DNA from: Candidatus Iainarchaeum sp.
Lineage (GTDB): Archaea > Iainarchaeota > Iainarchaeia > Iainarchaeales > DTGL01
Reading direction: 5' to 3'
Assembly: GCA_038736825.1 (NCBI GenBank)
Contig: JAVYME010000015.1
Span: 1-26,873 of the forward strand
DNA: 26,873 nt
A program made the position numbers and the translations under genes. Shown one piece after another: positions 21,419 to 26,873 of this stretch (positions are counted from its first letter, which is position 1; each line of letters opens with the position of its first letter). The notes below the pieces were generated by a model. It saw nothing but the letters and a program-made list of their open reading frames with translations, did no database searches and was not told the origin of the DNA.

Positions 21419-22057
21419 ATGCAAACCTTTAAATCAAATATGTGGATAATATTTTTGGTGGTTTTAGTGAAAAAATCGTTTATGTTATTTCTTTCAGTGT
21501 TCGTGTTGTTTGCGGGTTGTGCTTCTGGACCAATAATCCAGGAAAAGCCGTCCATGGGAAGACTGGTTTTACTGGTTTCAGACGAGGAAGCAAACATTGG
21601 GGATTTTTCCATGGTTAATGTAACCTTTTCAAGTGCCAGGGTTTTTTCTGGAGATTCAAACAATGGCTTTAAGGAAATTCCCTTAAGTGAATTCCAAGTG
21701 GATCTTTTCAAGCTTATAGGGCAAAATGCTTTCCCCATAGGCGGGCTTGAACTGGAAACAGGCAAGTATTCCAAAATAGAATTGCATGTTTCCTCTGTTG
21801 AAGCAGTCCTTATAAGCGGTGAACCAGTTGAAGTGAAAATTCCAAGTGAGCAACTTCAAATAACAAAGCCTTTCACAATAGAGGCAAACACTGAAACCAA
21901 GTTCTTGTTTGACATAGAGGTTGTAAAAAAAGGGCAAAAATATGAATACAATTTGATGCCCAATATTGCCAAAAGCGGTGTTGTCGGAAAGGATGTTCCT
22001 GAAACAGAGGTTAGAGTGGTGAAAGAGGCAAAACCTGAAAAAAAACCAGAAAATTGA
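21419..22057 (+). CDS. Lipoprotein with DUF4382-like domain
   Basis: ...FMLFLSVFVLFAGC|ASG lipobox, then GRLVLLVSDEEANIGDF..., FQVDLFKL..., LETGKYSKIELHVSSVEA and VKIPSEQLQITKPFTIEANTETKFLFD, as I recall for DUF4382. Possible starts are ATG 21419 (about 20 nt after a TTTTTATTAC box) and ATG 21440. The track start at 21170 overlaps the divergent PLP gene and is rejected. Confidence 0.55.
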   Translation: MQTFKSNMWIIFLVVLVKKSFMLFLSVFVLFAGCASGPIIQEKPSMGRLVLLVSDEEANIGDFSMVNVTFSSARVFSGDSNNGFKEIPLSEFQVDLFKLIGQNAFPIGGLELETGKYSKIELHVSSVEAVLISGEPVEVKIPSEQLQITKPFTIEANTETKFLFDIEVVKKGQKYEYNLMPNIAKSGVVGKDVPETEVRVVKEAKPEKKPEN

Positions 22058-22061
22058 AACC

Positions 22062-22493
22062 CTATTGGGTTTTTTCCCATTTTTCAATGAAGCCCTTTCT
22101 CACTGAAAAAAGGGGGTGCGGTTCGATTTTTTTTATTTTCATTAACTCTCTTGCTTTTTCAGGGCATCTTTTTTCCAGTTTTTTTTTCAAGTGAAATAAT
22201 TCGAATTCCAGTTGCCCTGAAGAAACAATTATTTTTCCGGGTTTTTTGCTTTTGCCAGCCTTTTCCCTGCAAAAACTGTAACCTCTATTGCTTGCTTCCC
22301 TGCAAACAACGGAAAGGTAAAAGTTTATTGCATCAAGCGGTTTTTTGCTTGATTTAAAGCGCTCCAATTGCGGGTGGTTTTTGTAGCCCTTGGTTTTGCC
22401 TTCAAGAACCTTTTTTGCCAAAAGGCTTTCCCTCCAAAGCGCTACAAGCCCTGTCGAGTCAAGGTATTTTGGGTGAATGCTCCAAAGCCTCAC
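22062..22493 (-). CDS. Pyrimidine-dimer DNA glycosylase (T4 endonuclease V-like family)
   Basis: A GTG start gives M-RLWSIHPKYLDSTGLVALWRESLLAKKVLEGKTKGYKNHPQLERF, the conserved N-terminus of this family, in which the N-terminal amine is catalytic in T4 endoV. The 44-aa track extension overlaps TspO and is rejected. Confidence 0.78.
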   Translation of the reverse strand: MRLWSIHPKYLDSTGLVALWRESLLAKKVLEGKTKGYKNHPQLERFKSSKKPLDAINFYLSVVCREASNRGYSFCREKAGKSKKPGKIIVSSGQLEFELFHLKKKLEKRCPEKARELMKIKKIEPHPLFSVRKGFIEKWEKTQ

Positions 22494-22966
22494 GCGTTCA
22501 ACACCCAAACCGAATAAGTCAGGAAAGAAGCAAAGGAAACCCATAAAAGGTATGGCACTAACAAAAGTGCGGCCTTTTTTGAAACCTTGTAAAACAAAAA
22601 AATTGTTGCAATTATTGAAAGCCATAAAAGGATTATTTCAACAAATGCAAGGAAAAGCAAATTGTAACCAAAAAACAGTATCGACCAAAAAGTGTTCAAA
22701 ACCAGTTGCAAGCCAAAGACAGCAGTTGGCAGCCTGGTTTTTTCATTCCATCCGTTTTCGAGCACTAAAAACAATGCAATGCCCATTAAAATGTAAAGTG
22801 TTGTCCAAACAGGACCGAAAACCCAGTTTGGTGGCGTGAATTCAGGTTTTTTTATTGACGCATACCACGTTGGAATGTTTGAAACAGTGAAAATTGAGCC
22901 AATGAATCCTGCAGCAAGGCAAGCAATAATGCACACTGCAAGCAATTGGATTTTCTTTGATTGCAT
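22490..22966 (-). CDS. tspO: TspO/MBR tryptophan-rich sensory protein (tetrapyrrole-binding, 5 TM)
   Basis: WYASIKKPEFTPPNWVFGPVWTTLYILMGIA, LQLVLNTFWSILFF and LLVPYLLWVSFASFLTYSVW. Preferred start is M34 (MQSKKIQLLAV...). The stop TGA overlaps the glycosylase GTG (GTGA). Confidence 0.85.
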   Translation of the reverse strand: MQSKKIQLLAVCIIACLAAGFIGSIFTVSNIPTWYASIKKPEFTPPNWVFGPVWTTLYILMGIALFLVLENGWNEKTRLPTAVFGLQLVLNTFWSILFFGYNLLFLAFVEIILLWLSIIATIFLFYKVSKKAALLLVPYLLWVSFASFLTYSVWVLNA

Positions 22967-23089
22967 TAGAAAACAAGAGCCTGAAGAAATTTTAAATGAA
23001 GCGGTTGCCAAAAAACCTTTAATTTTCCAGCAATCTTTTTTTATGGTTGTTTGCAATAAAAGCATTTTTTTGCAATCAAGAGTGTGACT

Positions 23090-23380
23090 TTATTTCAGCA
23101 CTTCAAGTGTTCCTTTTCTTCCAGTGCTTACTTGGAGTGCGCCCCTGAATTCAGAGCACCATCCCTGTAATATTTTTACTTTGTCGCCTTCACTCACTTG
23201 GGCTATTTGTTCATTCCATAGTGTAAGTGAAACCTCAACCCCTTTCTTGTCTTTTGCTGCACAATTGCAAACAATTCCTTCGCCTTTTTCTGTTGCAAAA
23301 GCCCTTGGCTCTGCCTTTGAAACAATCTCTAGTTCTATTTCTTCAATTGGTGCTCTTGCCTTTAAGTCTTTCACAAGCAT
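23090..23380 (-). CDS. Single OB-fold nucleic-acid-binding protein (short SSB/RPA-like)
   Basis: MLVKDLKARAPIEEIELEIVSKAEPRAF...GIVCNCAAKDKKGVEVSLTLWNEQIAQVSEGDKVKILQGWCSEFRGALQVSTGRKGTLEV fits the archaeal single-OB layout. The start is taken at M13 of the track ORF. Confidence 0.55.
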   Translation of the reverse strand: MLVKDLKARAPIEEIELEIVSKAEPRAFATEKGEGIVCNCAAKDKKGVEVSLTLWNEQIAQVSEGDKVKILQGWCSEFRGALQVSTGRKGTLEVLK

Positions 23381-23433
23381 TAAATCACACTCCAAACAAA
23401 AATTCTGCGAAAACAATTAAAAAAACCAGCAGT

Positions 23434-23832
23434 TCAAGCCTTGACTGGCACAGGCTGTGGCATTGCCCTAGTGCTCACGCGTTTTTCGCGCGCTTGCTGT
23501 CTTTTGGCCTGCCTTGGGCTTGCAATGCCAGGCCTTGTTTCCAGCATTTTGAATTTTGCGCTTTCAAACAATTCAGCCATTCTCTTTTTTTCAGCTTCTT
23601 TTGAATCAATGGGTTTCCAGCCAAGCCTTGCTGCTTTTGGCGCATATTTTTTGCCGACAGCGTGAACCTTTCCAAGGCGGTCCACCCAATTACTGGTTTG
23701 CCCTCCACTGCTTGCAATGCGGTTAACCAGCATAACACTGGAAGGCTTGTTTTTTCTTTGCCTTAGTTTTAGCCTCAACCTTGAAAAAGCCATGCTTGGA
23801 TTATGGTGAAAAGTCGATTTAATCCTTTCCAT
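23434..23832 (-). CDS. Highly basic hypothetical protein (about 132 aa)
   Basis: The ORF has a K/R-rich composition (RLRLKLRQRKNK, KAARLGWKP, RQAKRQQAREKR). I recognise no family. The start is taken at M14 so that it does not overlap the divergent ABC gene. Confidence 0.4.
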   Translation of the reverse strand: MERIKSTFHHNPSMAFSRLRLKLRQRKNKPSSVMLVNRIASSGGQTSNWVDRLGKVHAVGKKYAPKAARLGWKPIDSKEAEKKRMAELFESAKFKMLETRPGIASPRQAKRQQAREKRVSTRAMPQPVPVKA

Positions 23833-23875
23833 GGCTGGTAATGCCTTAAAAAACCTGTTCTTTGTTTTCAATTAT

Positions 23876-24886
23876 ATGAAACCTTTTTCTGGAACTCAAA
23901 GTAAAGCAATCCAGGTTGTCTCTTTAAGCAAGCACTATAATGGCTTAAAGGCAGTGGATTCAGTCAACCTTGAAATAGAAAAAGGAACTGTTTTCGGCTT
24001 GCTTGGGCCAAATGGTGCTGGCAAGACAACGCTTATTTCAATGCTTGTGACAATGCGCAAGCCAACCTCTGGCACAGCAAAAGTGAACGGTTTTGACATA
24101 AAAAAGGAGGCAGATTCTGTAAGAAAAAGCATTGGCGTTGTATTCCAGGATCCAAGCCTTGATGACGAGCTCACTGCAATGGAAAACCTTGAATTGCACG
24201 CTGCACTATACAATGTTCCGCGAAGTGAAAGAAAAAAGCGAATTCAAGAGCTTTTAAGGCTTGTCGGGCTTGAAGAAAGCATTAAAATGCAAGTGAAAAA
24301 GTTCTCTGGGGGAATGAAGCGAAGGCTTGAAATTGCCCGCGGTTTAGTTCACCATCCCCAAATCCTTTTTCTTGACGAGCCAACACTTGGCTTGGATCCG
24401 CAAACCAGGGCTGGAATTTGGGATTACATAAAACAATTGAATGAAAGGGAAGGCATAACCATTATTCTCACCACTCATTATCTTGAAGAGGCTGACAGTG
24501 TTTGCAAAAAAATCGCAATAATTGATTTTGGAAAAATAATTGCAATGGGTTCCCCTGAAGAGCTCAAAAATTCTCTTGGAGGCGACACTCTTTCAATAAA
24601 GTGTGTTTTGCAAGAAAACTGCAAGGAGAAACTTGCAGCCTTGGGGTGGGTGAAAGCTGTAGTGGAACACGATGGTTTTTTGAATTTGCGGGTTGAAAAA
24701 GGCGAGGAAAAAATCCCAAAACTGCTTGCTTTTTTGGAAAAAAACGGTGTTATAGTTGAATCAGTTAGCTTGCGCAAGCCCTCTCTTGATGATGTCTTCC
24801 TGCACTTTACTGGAAGAACAATTCGAGAGCAAAAGGCAAAACCAATAGATTCAATGAGGTTGAGGAGAAAGTTTATGAGGCGTTGA
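23876..24886 (+). CDS. ABC transporter ATP-binding protein (ABC-2/DrrA-like exporter ATPase)
   Basis: Walker A GPNGAGKTT, Q-loop, signature FSGGMKRRLEIA, Walker B ILFLDEPTLGLD and H-loop TTHYLEEA. There is a C-terminal regulatory-like extension. Confidence 0.92.
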   Translation: MKPFSGTQSKAIQVVSLSKHYNGLKAVDSVNLEIEKGTVFGLLGPNGAGKTTLISMLVTMRKPTSGTAKVNGFDIKKEADSVRKSIGVVFQDPSLDDELTAMENLELHAALYNVPRSERKKRIQELLRLVGLEESIKMQVKKFSGGMKRRLEIARGLVHHPQILFLDEPTLGLDPQTRAGIWDYIKQLNEREGITIILTTHYLEEADSVCKKIAIIDFGKIIAMGSPEELKNSLGGDTLSIKCVLQENCKEKLAALGWVKAVVEHDGFLNLRVEKGEEKIPKLLAFLEKNGVIVESVSLRKPSLDDVFLHFTGRTIREQKAKPIDSMRLRRKFMRR

Positions 24887-24888
24887 AA

Positions 24889-25641
24889 ATGAATAGAGAG
24901 ATTGAAGGCGTTTACATTTTGTGGAAAAGGGAATTGATTCGCTTTTACAGGTCCAAAAGCCGCATTATAGGCAGTCTTGGAATGCCTTTCTTTTTCCTTG
25001 CAATTCTGGGAACCGGGCTCAACAATGTTTTTCCAGTGGCTGGAGGCTTGAACTACTTGCAGTTCATTGCACCCGGCATTATTGGAATGGTTTTAATGTT
25101 TGGCTCTATTTTTTCAGGAGTAATTGTGATAATGGACAGACAGTTTGGCTTTTTGAAGGAAACACTTGTAGCCCCAATAAGCCGGCTTTCAATTGTTTTG
25201 GGAAAGGCTTTTGGGGGAGCAACCACCGCAGTATTGCAGGGTTTTCTGATAATGCTGGTTGCCCTCCTTCTTGGAGCACAAATCCAGATAGGCAATTTTT
25301 TTGCCTTGGTTTTTTTCATGTTTCTTGTTTCAGTAATGTTTGTTTCCCTTGGAATTGCAATAGCCTCAATGCTTGAAGACATGCACGGATTCCAATTAAT
25401 AGTGAATTTTTTGCTCATGCCAATGTTTTTTTTGAGTGGCGCTTTGTTCCCGCTTTCCTCTGCAGGCATTTTGGGTGCAATTTCTTTGCTTGACCCACTC
25501 ACTTATGGAGTTAACGGCTTGCGCTTTCTCTTGACAGGGCATTCTGATATAGAATTCGGTTTATGCCTTGCAGTTGTAAGCGCTTTCACTGCCCTTTTCA
25601 TCAGCCTTGCAATATTTTTGTTCAACAGAATTGAAGAATAA
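24889..25641 (+). CDS. ABC-2 type transporter permease (6 TM)
   Basis: MNREIEGVYILWKRELIRFYRSKSRIIGS... is the typical ABC-2 N-terminus, followed by six hydrophobic segments. It starts 3 nt after the ATPase stop (a TTG at 24883 is an alternative). Confidence 0.85.
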   Translation: MNREIEGVYILWKRELIRFYRSKSRIIGSLGMPFFFLAILGTGLNNVFPVAGGLNYLQFIAPGIIGMVLMFGSIFSGVIVIMDRQFGFLKETLVAPISRLSIVLGKAFGGATTAVLQGFLIMLVALLLGAQIQIGNFFALVFFMFLVSVMFVSLGIAIASMLEDMHGFQLIVNFLLMPMFFLSGALFPLSSAGILGAISLLDPLTYGVNGLRFLLTGHSDIEFGLCLAVVSAFTALFISLAIFLFNRIEE

Positions 25642-25647
25642 ACAGTT

Positions 25648-26190
25648 TTATTTTTTCACTGTTTTTGCACCCAATTCAAGTGCTTTCAGGTTTGCTGGCA
25701 AAAACTTTTGCTTTTCCCCCTTCATTTCCTTTTCAAGGGCTTTTTTCACGGAATCCATTTTCACTGAACCTGAAAGCACAGTGTAAGCGCCAAGCATTAC
25801 CATGTTCGCTGTTTTCACGTTTCCAATTTCTTTTTCAGCGATTTCGTTTGCTGGCACAAAAAAAACCCTGATGTCGGAACGCTTTGGCTTTATGTCAATG
25901 AGAGAGGAATTCATTACAAGCAAACCATTTTTTTTCAATATTGGCTCGAATGCTTCAAGCGATGGCTTGTTCATTACAATAATGGAATCCGGTTCTGGAG
26001 CCAAAGGCGAACTTATTTCAGTGCTTGAAATTATTACAGTGCAGTTTGCAGTGCCGCCACGCATTTCCGGGCCATAGCTTGGCACCCAGGAAACCTTTCT
26101 TCCTTCAAGCATTCCTGCAAGCGCAAGGATTTTGCCTATCAAGAGAACACCTTGTCCTCCAAAGCCAGCTGAAATAATCTTTTCCTCCAT
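25648..26190 (-). CDS. 2-oxoacid:ferredoxin oxidoreductase, gamma subunit
   Basis: MEEKIISAGFGGQGVLLIGKILA (the G-x-G-G-Q-G motif of gamma subunits) and VSWVPSYGPEMRGGTANC. The ATG at 26190 is preferred over the track GTG at 26199. Confidence 0.85.
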   Translation of the reverse strand: MEEKIISAGFGGQGVLLIGKILALAGMLEGRKVSWVPSYGPEMRGGTANCTVIISSTEISSPLAPEPDSIIVMNKPSLEAFEPILKKNGLLVMNSSLIDIKPKRSDIRVFFVPANEIAEKEIGNVKTANMVMLGAYTVLSGSVKMDSVKKALEKEMKGEKQKFLPANLKALELGAKTVKK

Positions 26191-26195
26191 TAAAA

Positions 26196-26873
26196 TCACT
26201 TGCTTTCCTTTTTGTCCTTGAATTTTCCCAAGGGAAAGGTTTTAGTCATTTCTTCTTCAACCCATTTGATTGCTTCCAATGGCTTTAAACCCCAGTTTGT
26301 AGGGCAATGGGATAATACTTCCACAATTGAAAAGCCCTCTTTGTCCAGTTGTGCTTGCACAGCGCGCTTTATTGCGGATTTTGCCTTTATAATGTTTGCA
26401 GGGCTTGAAACTGTAACGCGTTCTGCAAAGGCAACCCCGTCCATTGTTGCAAGCAATTCGCAAACCTTTACGGGATAACCGTGCAATGCAGCCTTTCTTC
26501 CATAAGGCGTAGTGTTGGTTTTTTGTGATAAAAGGGTAGTGGGAGCCATTTGCCCTCCAGTCATGCCATAAATTGCATTGTTGATGAAAATAACAGTAAT
26601 GTTTTCCCCGCGGTTTGCTGCATGCACTGTCTCTGCAGTGCCAATTGCCGCAAGATCGCCATCGCCCTGGTAAGTGAAAACAAAGTTTTCAGGCAAAACC
26701 CTTTTCACTCCAGTGGCAACCGCTGGCGCTCTTCCATGCGGAACCTGAATCATGTCCACATTAAAATAATTGTATGCAAAAACCGCGCAGCCAACAGGCG
26801 CAATTCCAATGGTTTTTTCGCGCAATCCAAACTCGTCAATTGCCTCTGCAAGAAGCCTGTGGACGATGCCGTG
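26196..26873 (-). CDS. 2-oxoacid:ferredoxin oxidoreductase, beta (TPP-binding) subunit; N-terminus lies outside the window
   Basis: The frame stays open to the window edge ([30 protein letters not shown]...). TPP motif [11 protein letters not shown]...[11 protein letters not shown]. The beta-then-gamma gene order resembles Oor/Kor-type operons. Confidence 0.88.
   Translation of the reverse strand, partial: HGIVHRLLAEAIDEFGLREKTIGIAPVGCAVFAYNYFNVDMIQVPHGRAPAVATGVKRVLPENFVFTYQGDGDLAAIGTAETVHAANRGENITVIFINNAIYGMTGGQMAPTTLLSQKTNTTPYGRKAALHGYPVKVCELLATMDGVAFAERVTVSSPANIIKAKSAIKRAVQAQLDKEGFSIVEVLSHCPTNWGLKPLEAIKWVEEEMTKTFPLGKFKDKKESK

Noticed and set aside
22494-22625. 44-codon N-terminal extension of the glycosylase ORF.
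   Set aside because: It overlaps the well-supported TspO C-terminus in another frame. The family N-terminus M-RLWS... coincides with the GTG at 22493.

Overview
The window is AT-rich, roughly 40% GC by eye, and reads as an archaeal chromosome. It probably comes from an uncultivated small-genome (DPANN-like) lineage; that lineage call is inference only. The archaeal signals are: TTTTAATA-type TATA boxes 22-27 nt upstream of apparently leaderless ATGs; GGAGG/GAGGTG Shine-Dalgarno sites inside operons; a tRNA-Ser with a 61-nt bulge-helix-bulge intron; RibL; a Tes/GDGT-MAS-like radical SAM enzyme; and 2-oxoacid:ferredoxin oxidoreductase subunits. I call about 36 protein genes and 3 tRNAs (Leu-CAA, Ser-GCU with intron, Asp-GUC). 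I found no rRNA, CRISPR array, transposase or integrase. Housekeeping content is ribL (partial), purA and guaB (divergent), fused ribBA, a SufS-type cysteine desulfurase, a Cys/Met-family PLP enzyme, a CorA-like channel, an NhaP-type antiporter, an ABC-2 exporter pair, and OFOR beta and gamma subunits. Seven items look most worth follow-up. (1) A divergent cluster of a RimB-like retropepsin-fold protease plus GNAT facing two translationally coupled RimK ATP-grasp paralogues, the first of which has lost its catalytic motifs. (2) A same-strand operon of glutaredoxin, a 58-aa ferredoxin missing from the ORF track, DUF59/SufT, a VKOR-partner-type thioredoxin lipoprotein and SufS. It sits downstream of a Cys-rich DsbA/GILT-like exported protein with a C-P-Y-G active-site position. 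(3) A strong-SD 15-codon upstream ORF carrying an in-register A_AAA_AAA slippery heptamer, where a -1 shift would fuse it to the DsbA-like ORF. (4) A Tes-like tetraether-lipid-synthase candidate coupled to a small 4-TM protein. (5) A SAM-methyltransferase fused to a GIY-YIG (UPF0213) nuclease domain. (6) A TspO gene overlapping the start of a pyrimidine-dimer DNA glycosylase gene (GTGA). (7) A CorA-like protein whose GMN signature reads GIP. All family assignments come from motif recognition by eye. None has been confirmed by a database search.
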